Below, piece by piece: positions 1-11,676 of a stretch of 64,000 nt of DNA. The notes under the pieces were generated by a model. That model had not been told where the DNA came from, made no database searches, and worked only from the letters and a program-made list of their open reading frames with translations. The stretch is taken from the NCBI GenBank assembly GCA_022813965.1, contig JALDZS010000019.1, positions 62,001 to 126,000 on the forward strand. The letters run 5' to 3'. The DNA is from Toensbergia leucococca (taxonomy: Eukaryota). A program made the translations under genes and the position numbers. Numbering within the stretch: the first letter of the stretch is position 1; every line of letters starts with the position of its first letter.

Positions 1-1122
1 TTCGATAACAAGTACATCCGAATTCGGACCGCTATATTGACCGTTTTCGTCCCCCGTGGAACCCATCCCATCTAGCCGCTCCATATTCGCCCCAGATGCA
101 AGTCTCTTCTGGGGCACGAGATCACGACCCGTGACTTGATCAACCTCCTTCATCGACAGCCCTATGCGTGTCCCTTGAATAGTCATCACCTTTACTTTGA
201 CCGGTTGATTCCGCGATACAAGATCTGAGGGATGATTTACGCGTGCTCCTTCTTGCATAGCAGAGACATGTACTAGTCCGTCAACTTTACCCTTGACACC
301 ATGCAAATTAACAAAGGCACCAAAATCTTTGACGCCTGTGACCATCCCATCGTAAATCTTGAACATCTTTGGCCCATCATCAATCTCGGGGGTCGGTGGC
401 CGCCGAAAGAAATCCTTATCATCTTCCCGGGGGTGTCGCTTGCTGTTTCCGTGCCCATTTGTATGTCCTCCATTCTTGTGGTCATGTCCGTTTGCGAAGT
501 TGCCAGAACCATCCCGATTTTTTCGGTGTTTATGATGTCTTTCTCGACTGTATGACGGGGATCTTGATCGGCGCCTGTCCTTCTTCCGCCTACCTCGGGC
601 ATCGTCATCGCCTCCGGGACTTCGACTTCGTTTTCTACCATTTTTATCACCGTGACTATCTTTCGCTTTCCCAGCTAGACCTTCTAGCATGGCAAAAGTA
701 TCGTCTAGAGCGCCTATTTTGGTGTCTTTGTCCACGGCCTTGCCGTCCTGTATGTCATCGTCCCACTGCTGGTCTCGATCTGGCATAGCTAAGCCCTTAA
801 AGATCCGTGTCTTCTTCTCCACCTCATCCAGAGCATCATCTTCGCCAGGCGCTTCCCTCCCAGCCATGATGCTGTTCGTCTTACCCCTATGTCTCGGGTG
901 CATGGTCAAGATCAACCTGTCAACGCTCTCAACCAAGCTCTGAGGAAAATCGGCACCCATGGCTTCCATATTGTCCTTGAATTCGGGTAGGGAGTGACAT
1001 TTCGAGTGCTGTGCTATGACAAATTCAGCGAGGGTTTTGTCGTTGATTCCAAGATGGTTCTGAAGTTCGGAAGTCACTTTCGACACCAGCGATAGCAGCT
1101 CGAGAGAGGCAAGATCATCCAT
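1..1122 (-). CDS. PRP22: Pre-mRNA splicing DEAH-box helicase Prp22, 5' part (runs off the window start)
   Basis: Manual translation from ATG 1122: MDDLASLELLSLVSKVTSELQNHLGINDKTLAEFVIAQH..., an Arg/Asp-rich linker, then an S1 domain (IYDGMVTGVKDFGAFVNLHGVKGKVDGLVHVS). No stop before the window edge, so it is missing from the ORF track. Confidence 0.93.
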   Translation of the reverse strand, partial: MDDLASLELLSLVSKVTSELQNHLGINDKTLAEFVIAQHSKCHSLPEFKDNMEAMGADFPQSLVESVDRLILTMHPRHRGKTNSIMAGREAPGEDDALDEVEKKTRIFKGLAMPDRDQQWDDDIQDGKAVDKDTKIGALDDTFAMLEGLAGKAKDSHGDKNGRKRSRSPGGDDDARGRRKKDRRRSRSPSYSRERHHKHRKNRDGSGNFANGHDHKNGGHTNGHGNSKRHPREDDKDFFRRPPTPEIDDGPKMFKIYDGMVTGVKDFGAFVNLHGVKGKVDGLVHVSAMQEGARVNHPSDLVSRNQPVKVKVMTIQGTRIGLSMKEVDQVTGRDLVPQKRLASGANMERLDGMGSTGDENGQYSGPNSDVLVIE

Positions 1123-3192
1123 GCTTATGATGTGAGAATTAAAGAGGAATTTACATAGCGGGCTTAAGAAATAAGTCCTTCGCCGTTGACTGTTGACCAA
1201 TGGTCGCTTAAAACCCCGCGCTTACAGCCTTACCATGGGTTTACAGCGAAAAGATCTATCTGCAAGGCTGAATGAAGGTCAAACAGAATTGAAAGCCAAA
1301 ACTATTACTGGGGTCCGTCAGAAGTGCAAAAATACAAAAAGCGAGAAAGGTCGTGCCCAGGTTCGAACTGAGGTCGCCGGAAACAATTGATTTTGATATT
1401 TCAAAATCCGGAGTGATTACCACTACACTACACAACCCTGCGATAAAATGGCAAAACATTCTCCTTAATAAAAAATATTTTTCTCTATGCAGTCTGAAAC
1501 TGTCTTGGAATTTTGTGGGGTATCTTCTCCGACACCTTTCGCTCTGCCACTTCTATGAACGCTGTAATCTTTGATGACTGAGACTAGTTGCCAATACATC
1601 GTCGCAAATTGTGAATCAAAAGAAAAGGAGGGTGATAAATTCCAACCGAATGTTTGCTTATGGTCAGCGTACTTTTGCATTCCCTGAAGCAGCGTATTCC
1701 ATGCGAGATCAAATTTCAAGTCTGATGCTCTTGACTGCACACGTTGGTCTCGTTGCTTTTGAATCACTCGATAATCTGTTCGCGATTCTTCGACCAATTC
1801 AATCATGAAGATCAATCTCTACGACTATTTTGTCTGCTGTTTCTTATGTACACCCCACTTCCCCATCGTAAATATATAGTACCCAAGCGTCTCCTCCCAT
1901 ACTTTCCCTCTCTACTTCCACCGGCTCTCACGCTCCAACGCCTTATTTTCTAGTTCCTCCCACTTCACCTGCCAATCCCTCAGCCACGCCTCCATATCCT
2001 GATCATGTCCTTTCGATCCGATTGCTTCCGTCTCAAACGACTGAGATTTTGAAGAGTCAGGGAGCAAGGAGAGCGCTTCTGATGTCAAGAAATGAGGTGA
2101 ATCACCAGCTGGCTTGCTTTTCCGCGATTCTGGCATCGGAGATGTAGAAGGAGCTGATTGTGTTCGTTTTCCTAAGCTGCTTTGATTTAATGTGGTTGAA
2201 TGGATAAAGATTAGGGGTGGAGAAGGGGAAAATCGTGAGTTGAGGTATTAGAGAGGACGATCTGAGCTACTGACTCTGGATCACGGCTTTTGTCAGGCAT
2301 GGCTGAGCTGGACTGAGAGAGAAGGTTGTTCTCATCTAAGATCTGGAGGGTAATGTGTCTTCCTGATGGGTTGTTATAGTGCTTGGAGACAACCGAAGGT
2401 GGTTCCAGGGTGGAGATAGGAATAGAGGCTTCGCGAGAAGTTGATAAGGAGCCGCTAAGAATCCAGCAATAGACCTCAAACTCAGGAACAGGCGAACCCA
2501 GGAAATGTTTTGGTAGTTATATGAGATAGCAAGAAAGTGGGTTTCTGCGACGAATCAATGAGCTATCGGTTCCCCGGTTCGCAACCGATCTCCCGGCAGT
2601 CTCCAAGCGCCAATGCTTTAGATGTATATAAGAACAAGCTTAAGCTTCAGGAAAAGTAAATAAAGCAGTGTAAATAGTTAGGCGTTCTAGCTGCTCTTTG
2701 TACCCTGCCATATTAGGCATAGTCCTCTGTTGTTCGCTTACCACGCGCCATTTTCGCCTGCGTTGTGTACAAACTTTAGGCGTTCGCGAGGATCCACACA
2801 AGGACAACGCCACCTGAAATGCTTCCCCAAATTATCCAGAGGTTCGAGTCGAAATAACTGACATTGCATGCTCAAAAGAAAGAAAAGCTTGTAATGCTCT
2901 AATTTCCCCAAGCCTCTTTGAACACATTATAATCTACTAGCTATTTGCCAGTATAAAAATAATGGTGATTGCTATTATCCAGTAAGATAGGTATATCATG
3001 TCCGCAATCATAAGAACGGCCGTAAATCATGAAAGTTCGAAAGTGCTCTCGTACACCAACAACCAACAATACAGTGAGACACATCAGCCAGCAGAAAAGC
3101 GAATACATGCGTTTAACTTAAATCAGAGTCTATAAATGATAACGATTCTCGAAACGCTCCAATTCGAGCAGCAAAAGCAACAAAAGGACTGA

Positions 3193-6100
3193 TCAAGTCA
3201 TCAATTTGCTGAAATTTAGCATAGTCCACTCTTCTTGGTCTTGTAACTCTTCCGGGCTATCTGAAGGTTGATAGAAGATGGTACTGTAATCATCAACCTT
3301 TTCACTATCACCTGAGTGAGGACTTCTCTGTCCTGACCTACTTATATGATTGGTGAAAGATCCTTCGTAATGGCTCTTTAGACTGTTTGGTAACCGAGAT
3401 ATGCCCCTGTCACAAGAATTCGCCGCTGCCAGCAGTGACCGATCTAGTCTCGCGTCAGCATCAAATGGCGCCTCGGTCCACAATAGGACAAGCGATGATG
3501 CCAACGCTGAATGTCCATTCGCTATAGTAAGCTCAAGTGCCGTTCTTCCGAGAAATGTCAATGCCCGGAAATCAGCACCGCTGTCAAGGAGGAGTTCGCA
3601 GATCATTTCATGCCCATAAGCTGCAGCAACGTGCAGCGCTGTCCATCCATCTTGGGTCCTTGCCTCAACGTCAGCCCATGATCTCGGCAACGAAGGCGTG
3701 AGGGCGATATCAAGCATTTTGACACTGTCAAAGCTTCCTGATGTAGCCTTACGAACTTCCCACCTCTTACCTGCAGATCTGTATTTTGTGAATACATCAT
3801 AGCTAATGTATTGTGTTTTTTCGAAAAGCATAGGTGATGCTCGGGAACAATCGCGGACCTTGTTCCTGAAGCTGCTGTCAGGGAGGCGACCCTTCGTGAT
3901 TCCACTTAGAAGAATTAAACACTCCTCTATGCGACCATGTGCTGCAGCTAGGTGCAAAGGTGTTTCATTCGTAGGACTAACGGCCATGTTGATGTTTGCT
4001 CCTGTTTCAACAAGATGTTCGACAACATGTAAATGGCCTTCTACCACTGCAAGATGCAATGACGTCTCTGCATATTGTTCTGTCGTAGCGTCCTTGTCTG
4101 CTCCATTTTCTAGCAGAAATTTACACATCTCAAGATCTCCCTGAGAACAAGCAAGATGAAGAGGCGTCTTGCCTAGCTCGGGAGTAGCTGCATTGACACA
4201 AGCACCATTCTTGATCAACAGCCTTGCTATATCAAGATGACCATTTGCTACGGCGATGTGTAAAGGTGTTCCCTGGTGGGAACAGTAAATCTCATTGACT
4301 TCGACGCCCATCTCGAGATAAATCTGCCCCATTGCTGCGAATCCCATTTGCGTGCACGCACGGAATGTACGTATGAAAGCATATAGCGGGCTTGTTGCAG
4401 AAGGGGAATTTGGACAGCCAGTCTCAACTTCCCATGCCTTCTTTTGAAGACAATAATAAAGCATACCAGGAAGGTAAGTGCTGTGCGTTTCGGAAAAGCG
4501 ATAATGCTCACACCAATAAGTTGACGCATAGTCTAGGAAACGGTACTTCTCTCCAGGCGTCTTGACTCGTGGCCAATGTCCGTGTAGATCAGGCACTGGG
4601 AAGTGCATATTTTTCTGATCGAATAGATGCTGCAGACAGATTTGGGCAAGATACTCATGGGCCTGAGAGATCTCCACGTAGAATTTGTGCGGAAATTTGC
4701 CACGGTGCCAGACGAGGAGATACTCCCGCACGCTATGATGAATGAAACGGACAGTCTGGTCGCTCTTTATAGTGACAAGTCCACCACATATATTTATCAG
4801 ATCTTCTGATGAGTATGTTCTCGTGCTGTTCCTTTGGAAAAATAACTCAGGAGCCGGTACATTTGCAGGAGGACCAGTTATCAAAGCCTCCATAAGTTCT
4901 GAGATGTGCAAAGGTTTCATTGCATGTGTAAGCCAGGTGAAGACCTGCTTTGCAATCAAGATGTCCTGCGAATGGATAGACTGCAACATCTTGAGGTAGA
5001 TCGCCGAAATGTCCCACGGCCAGTCATCGATTAGTGCATGATTAATGCCTCTACTGGATGATAATACCAGACGGGTCTCTTCCATAGTCAGTAGAGCTAA
5101 CAGAAAATTACCTCGTGACCTCTGCAATATTTCCGTCCCGATTGATTCCAATACCGCTCCACATCCTGGAAACTCAAAAGAAAGCTTCTTGATCGAGCCT
5201 GTGATATGTATTAAAATGTCCCTACGAGCAGGCTCTCCCATGTCTAGGTTGAGCTCCCAAACCTTTTTGAGGTTGTGGGGCTGGCTGCAAGCTGCTCGAC
5301 TGGATACCATACATTTGATCTGAGGTTTTCTCTTCTCCTGAACCATTGACTCGAAGATTACATCGAGAATTTGCTTTTTCACCCAATCACCATCATCTAG
5401 ACCGTCTATCATAAGGAAAATCCGGTCGCTCGATGCAAGACTTCTGAGTAGTGTACGGAGAAGATGTCGAAATAGGAACGACGAGATAGACACGGGCTTG
5501 CTCTCTATACTTGCTAACAGGTATTGGAATTGAGCATTATACTGCATATGACGCCGTTGTTGTATAACCTGGCCGAGGAAAGATCTTAGCAAGACCGGCG
5601 CGAGATCCTCGTAAAGGCTGGTTCCTTCGTGCCAATACACAAGTACAACATCTTGTTCCATTCTTGCATTCGTCAGAGCCTCAACTATTAGAGTACTCAG
5701 GACAGTTTTTCCCGAACCTGAGCTGCCATGTAGCCAGAATAATGATGATTGATTAGCAGCGCGCCAAGTGCAGTATTCTGAAGATTCAAGAATCCATGTG
5801 CTGGTTCTAGGATTGTGCTCGAGATGAATGTTGGAGCTTCGACTTGAAGCATCAAGTCTTCGAATCGCAGCTTGGATGACTTCAGCAATTTAAAGTACTT
5901 CGAAGCCAAGAACTCACGTACCATCAAAAACACGTCCGGTGACATTTTCAAGCAATTTTTGAAGCTCGTCCACCGATTTAGGCTTGCTTATGGTGTAATG
6001 ACTCCTTTCGTTATCCCATAATGCACATAGGGAATCTCTTTGCGTCGTGAGCTCATCTTCTCGAGCCTATATCATCGATAAGCCGTGATCCATTGCTCGA

Positions 6101-6928
6101 AGTGGGGATTGCGCACAAGTCCACAGGAATCACGCCACTCCTCGCCACAGAAGTTGATGATACGATACGATGCGGTGGTACGTTGAGACGTATACGATAG
6201 ACTTGCAAGGTCTTCCGAGAATTCTTCAAGATACGTCTTGTTGTAAGGAGATCGACACTTGGGTGATACTCGTTTCAGGATTCGACTCCAGTCGAGCGAG
6301 GTTGCCATGTGAGGAGTTCCAAGGAAAATCTGCACAAGACTTCTGAGCATGGAATATTGCAATCATTATTAGGAGCAAAGATACAATTCCTCGGGTACAT
6401 CCAACAATGAAATTTGCTCGCATATGAGCTTGTATCAGAGCCTGGGTACAGTTAGTTACGCGTAAACTCGAAGAGAGTGCGCAGACCTTTTGCAGTACGA
6501 CGCCGCCGAGACTATGGCAGATAAATATCAATGGTCGTGTTTCATACTGCCTAAGATCAGTTCCAGACCGGAAAACACTACTTCTATAGCAATTGAAAAC
6601 ACGCTCTCTTACACAATCTTTCGCCAATGTGAAAAGGAGATGATTGGCCGCAATCTCTATCCCAGCATTGCTGAAAACTGGGAGCTCGCAATTGTAATAT
6701 AAGACACGAGCGACTGGCATCTCAAATGGAGGCAATGGCCAGTCATCAAACCAAGCCTTTTCTTTTGCAGGGCACCAGGTCCCGAGACTATTCCCGCTAA
6801 GGCCATGAACGAAGACGAAGCTAGAGATATTCAATGAGATTCTTCTGGTGACTCTAGAAATTGGAAACATACTCGAAGAACGGCTCATCCGTATGAGCTT
6901 GCTCGACCCAATTCCCACCTACTGCCAT
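3193..6928 (-). CDS. Fungal NLR-like protein: N-terminal SesB-like alpha/beta hydrolase, NACHT NTPase, ankyrin repeats (multi-exon)
   Basis: Hydrolase motifs FVFVHGLSG, RPLIFICHSLGG and IFLGTPH. Walker A LFWLHGSSGSGKT (~5700-5740) is in frame upstream of the 822-aa ORF. Walker B FLMIDGLDD, winged-helix RFIHHSVREYL, FLDYASTYWCEH, and about six ANK repeats (TPLH/TALH). GT..AG introns join the pieces. Start at 6928 (MAVGGNW...) is a best guess. Confidence 0.88.
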
Positions 6929-7405
6929 AGTAACGGTCAAATTGAGGAACCATTTGTTTCCTCACCGGACAGATGCAACGAAGTCTTTATGCAGGCTGAG
7001 CCTTAGTGATACTCCAAGTACACCAATCAATCCTTGTCAGCAATAGAATCCTTTCTATTGGCCAGCCCAGTCCAATGTTGATCATCTTGATGTGGTTACA
7101 CAAAGGATGAACCAGGCAAACACGCGAAGAAGCGAAAAGGCGCAGCATCCACGAGGCGAACAAGCGAAAAGGCGAAGATGCCTAAGGCTAGAGGCTAAGC
7201 AACGGCGATGGTGGAGGAACGAATTGGAAAGCACTGGGTAAAGCCAAGGCTTGGATTTATGACCTTGCAAGAGAACTAGTGCAGAGGTTGACAACTCTCC
7301 TCAACCATCCTTAGATGAAGTATGGTTTCCATGTACTCGTACAGGTCATAACTGCATGACCATCACCAACTGTCCACGGTGCAATGGAAGGCACAGTGAG
7401 ATGCT

Positions 7406-9147
7406 ATGGATGACGGAGATGCTGGACTCGGTGTGAGGAGCAGGTATTCCTGTGACCTGTGCCGCTTGAGAAGGAAGAAGGTTCGATTCCCCACGGTCGT
7501 GTGCAGCACGAGCAATTCTGCAGTGATGCATGATTGCTAATATTGATTTGCATGGTATGAAGTGTAGCCGGTCGACGCCTACAGCAAAGTGTGATCAATG
7601 TGAGAGATATGGATATCCTTGCAGCCCAAGTCGCACATTGGGGGACTTGTTGGACGTCTTGTATGGACGTGACGGACTTTTGCGTCATGACCGGAGGTCC
7701 AGCGCAGGACTCGACAGTCAACCCGACCTCCTCGTCCCAGAATCGCAGGCTTATGCCAGCCCGAATCAAGCATTGAATTCTGAGGCCTCCTATGCGTCTT
7801 TCGTTGATCCTACAAATTATCCCGCTACGGACGCCTTTGAATTTGACGAGCTACCAAGCTCGGCTGACCTCGACCTGAACAACTTCAGCAGTACGGATAA
7901 TGCCGTACAATCTGACGGTAATACTGCTTTGCAACTGTAAGGATCCTCAAATCCTTGCGCACGAGAACCTCATCTAATGAAGGCCTCTTGATGCTAGATT
8001 CAATCAATATGCCTCCCTCAATATTATCTTCATCGACATCACCCGCCATTTGGCTGTCCTCGATTCCCAACGCCTTCAAGCAAGCTATCCTTATGTATAC
8101 CTTTCATCTACAGCAGAATCCATCAAACGGAAAATGTGCAACATCTTTGGGAAAATCGAAGAGCTTGGCTATGAGGCTGATGCTAGTCAAAACGATGACC
8201 GAGCTCAGTGGATATACCAACGTGCTATCAGAGCTCTCGATCACTGTACCAACTACCCAGATGACCGAAGACGCTCGCTGTTGCTGAAGATTGCTCGATT
8301 CTATCAGCGCCTTGATAGCCATTTGGAGGCAGAGCACGTCTTGGAAAAGGTCGCAAAAATCAGAAACATGTCGATCAATGTGACTTCGTCGGAAAAAGAA
8401 TTCCGCGACGTTCGTTCAAGCTCAATTGAGCAAATCTCAAGGGCATTGATAGCTGCATTTGCGGAGTTGCCTAAGCATGAGCTTCCTCCTGCCCTTTCTA
8501 GCGATCCAAGCCCCTCTCTCCACCGCGCCCTCCAGCATGATAGTCCTAAACTTGTCTCAGCACTTCTGGTCGCAGGTAGGGGACCTTTGCCGCCTTGCGA
8601 CATCATGGACCAAACCATACTACATGTCGCTGCGCAAAATGGCCATGCAGATCTCCTGGAACAAATCATTCGAAAATACCCGTCAATCAATATAAACTGT
8701 CGAGATCTATGCCAGAGAACGCCATTATTCCTAGCTGCTTCCAATGGCCACGATCGTGTATGCAAGCTCCTTCTCAATCTTCACGCAGATAAAGATGCTC
8801 GTAATCTTGCATCGCATACTGTTTTCGAGGTGGCAGCACGAAATGGTCATCTTGGTGTCGTGAGGCTTCTTTGCGATCGACAGGCAAATGTGAATCCACT
8901 ACCATTTGATGGTACATCTACTCCACTACAGGCCGCTGCTGAGTCGGGTCACATCGATATTGTTCGTGTTCTGCTGGCAACAGGCAAAATAGACCTCTCC
9001 CTAAAGAGACTTCCTGATCAGAAGACTGCGAAGGATCTGGCTTGTGACAGAGGCTTTACGGAAATCTCGAATCTCCTTACCAGTACGAGCCGCTCTACGC
9101 GTTGCGAAACCAACGAATTTTTTGGTACCCATTCCTTTCGTTACTAG
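7406..9147 (+). CDS. Zn(II)2Cys6 binuclear-cluster protein with a helical middle region and C-terminal ankyrin repeats
   Basis: Exons 7406-7480, 7563-7936 and 7998-9147 (introns GTTCGA..GCTAAT..AG and GTAAGG..CTAAT..TAG) splice in frame. They give CDLCRLRRKK-CSRSTPTAKCDQCERYGYPC (six Cys in GAL4-type spacing) and ANK repeats TILHVAAQNGH, TPLFLAASNGH, TVFEVAARNGH, TPLQAAAESGH. Confidence 0.82.
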
Positions 9148-10480
9148 GTCGCAAGGAATGCATTACCTTCTCAATGCTTAATGATAACCACGAAATTACG
9201 ATGACCACGAGAAAAAAGAGAAGTACGAGAATCACAACACAGCCTATTTCAACTACATAATACTTTTCTAGGACATGATATCATTACCGATGGTCGGCTT
9301 TCCTCTTAGAAAGATCAAAAATAGAGTGGACGGTTCAAAAGTGATCACGCAACTCGAGTTGTGCTACTCTAACCCCAGATACGAAAAGATATACTTGACA
9401 CTAGACAATCGGAACAGTCCTGCAGCGTCTCCACTCTCATTGTTGACTGTCTTCATGCCAGGGTCCGACCTTCCCAACCCAAATTTTGCAACTTGCAAAA
9501 AGACGAGAGTCATTTATGTCTCGGCAGGATGGGTCGACTGTCACCATTGGATATCAACTACTGTACGTAGTCGTTCTTTCGAATACCCTGCTTGACTTCA
9601 GACCAGTAAGTTGTTTTGTCTTGCCTAGGGATTGCTTGGCAGCTGGGCCCCAGCTTATGCTGTATTGTATGCAAACTCGTTACGGATTCCATTTCTCTTG
9701 CTTTCTGCTTTTGAGTACCGAAGAAGCCCTCGCGTTCCAGGATTACCATCAAGATTTACGTTATAATTCGCATTCCGTTCCTTACTGCCTGTTCTTCCCT
9801 ACCTATCGTTTTACCTTGTACCTCGAGGCGTCTCTCTATGCTTACACTCTTGCGTGGCAATTTCTTAACAGCTGGGGTTAGAAGCTTTGTCTCTGCAAAC
9901 CTCTCTTCTGTAAAAAGATATGGGGGGCTTCTTGAATACAGGCTATATAATGGGTTCCATGGCGAAGAAGACAAGCTTCATTATCTAGTTTATCGGGCGT
10001 AGTGTGCTCATGGTCCTTCATAAGCACACCGTCAGGAAAATCTACAGTCCAGTGATGCAAATTTGATGGGAAGATTTGATTGTGAATGAGTGACAATGAC
10101 CAGCTCAAGAGAAACCATTCAGAGTGTACTTATCGACAGAGAGAATAGCTAGCCCCCTCGCCTAGGGATGGCCAAACACTGTAATATCCGGTACAAAGGC
10201 GCCGCACCCGCAAAGCTACCCGTCAAACCACTTCATTGTCGCGTCCGCTCTCAATCTCTCCCTCTTCCCGCTCCGGCGCTCGGCTCCTTGCTATAGTAAG
10301 TGATTTGCATCGGCTGTAAAGAACATAGGCAATATGTCACGGACAAAGAAAACCACATGCAAGGAAGAGTTCACCATTATCGAAATAAGCAAAGCCCGAC
10401 CAAAACGAACAATAGTCTTGTCTTATCACACATAAGTCTTGTTCCAAAGTTGAACAATAGAGCATGGGCGTTCGCCCAGG

Positions 10481-10488
10481 TATATAAA
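10481..10488 (+). promoter_or_regulatory. Candidate TATA box for the 10591 gene
   Basis: TATATAAA 110 bp upstream of the ATG. Confidence 0.45.
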
Positions 10489-10590
10489 TTCTAGTCAATC
10501 CTCAACTCTCAAATCTTCAACAGCTCTCAAATCCACACAGAAAAAAGACACGGCTTCACAAGAACCACTTCGCCTTACCAAAGAGCGCAT

Positions 10591-11676
10591 ATGTCTTCCT
10601 CTGAGTACGGTCCACCTGCTCCTTTTAGGAGGAACTCGCTCTCAAGCGACGCAACCTTGGTTGAATCTGACTCCGAACACAGTGATGAGAACGAGTGCTA
10701 TCAATATGTTTATTCCAACAGCTGTGGCCATATATGGACCTTAGAGAACCATAAGTGCGAAGACCCGTCTCGCTGCGAGGTTGAAAACCGAGACGAGGAC
10801 AACAACATCAACATACATGTGAGAGCCTCACAGTGCTGTGAGTGCATAGGAATATGGTCTCCTCCTCGGGACTACCCTAATGTCGAGAATGCCTGCATTA
10901 CCAACCATCTTCTCTTTGCTTGTGGCCATGGACGAATTCGAGTAAGACATCGCTGCGATAATGTCCATGGCTGTATGGCTGAGGGCTATGAAGCTGTACC
11001 AAACAGGGTGCATAACAGGTGCTTTGACTGTAGGCAAGCATCTTGGGCAGCGGGCGAACCTGTCGAATTCGTGGGCGCTAACAATCGAGGATTTAGATCA
11101 ACCCGCTTCGCATACTATTTGCTCTTAAGCTTTGTGAGGCACGTGGCCTCCAACTCTAATCCTACAGAAAGACTCTCAAATGAGCTATTCGCACGTCAAG
11201 AATTACTCCCAATAGCCTCTGCGGCAAATCACACGCACCTCGCCACTCCAAGTCGGATATCGCTGGACACACCTTCAACGCCAGATATGAACACTCAGCA
11301 GCAAAGCGACTGCTCTAGGGTCATTCATCAATTTGCTTGCGGGCACACACTGTCACTCCCTGTGGATCATCGCTGTGGGTGCCTCTCAGAATGCCCGGGT
11401 GTCAGAGACCGCATATTAGGCCTCACTAACATCGACTGTGATGACTGCAGGGGAGTGACGGACTCTATTCCAACTTCCGGCGTGACTATCCAACAGGCAA
11501 GCCACTGCTTCAGAGTTGTTCATCAATACTCTTGCGGCCATATACAGTCATTTCAAGATTATCATCGCTGTGGCCGCCTTCCTGAATGCCTAGGTGTCAG
11601 AGATCGTAGGTTAATCTTCCCTAACACCTACTGTATTGATTGTGGAGGTGTGATAAATGGGAACGATATAGTGTGA
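10591..11676 (+). CDS. Uncharacterised Cys/His-rich protein with four putative zinc-binding modules
   Basis: 361-aa ORF with four copies of C-x8-CGH-x6/7-H-[RK]-C-x5-C-x14/19-C-x2-C, upstream TATA, no signal peptide. Confidence 0.75.
   Translation: MSSSEYGPPAPFRRNSLSSDATLVESDSEHSDENECYQYVYSNSCGHIWTLENHKCEDPSRCEVENRDEDNNINIHVRASQCCECIGIWSPPRDYPNVENACITNHLLFACGHGRIRVRHRCDNVHGCMAEGYEAVPNRVHNRCFDCRQASWAAGEPVEFVGANNRGFRSTRFAYYLLLSFVRHVASNSNPTERLSNELFARQELLPIASAANHTHLATPSRISLDTPSTPDMNTQQQSDCSRVIHQFACGHTLSLPVDHRCGCLSECPGVRDRILGLTNIDCDDCRGVTDSIPTSGVTIQQASHCFRVVHQYSCGHIQSFQDYHRCGRLPECLGVRDRRLIFPNTYCIDCGGVINGNDIV

Noticed and set aside
1912..2136. 74-aa minus-strand ORF ending ...MEAWLRDWQVKWEELENKALERESRWK
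   Set aside because: It could be a last exon, but the frame closes upstream at ~2250 and I could not build a gene model or see a domain.
6930..7400. Amyloid signalling motif or effector gene next to the NLR
   Set aside because: No HET-s, sigma or PP-like motif is visible, and the effector domain is fused in cis. A short basic ORF at 7107 does not splice in frame to the Zn-cluster exon.
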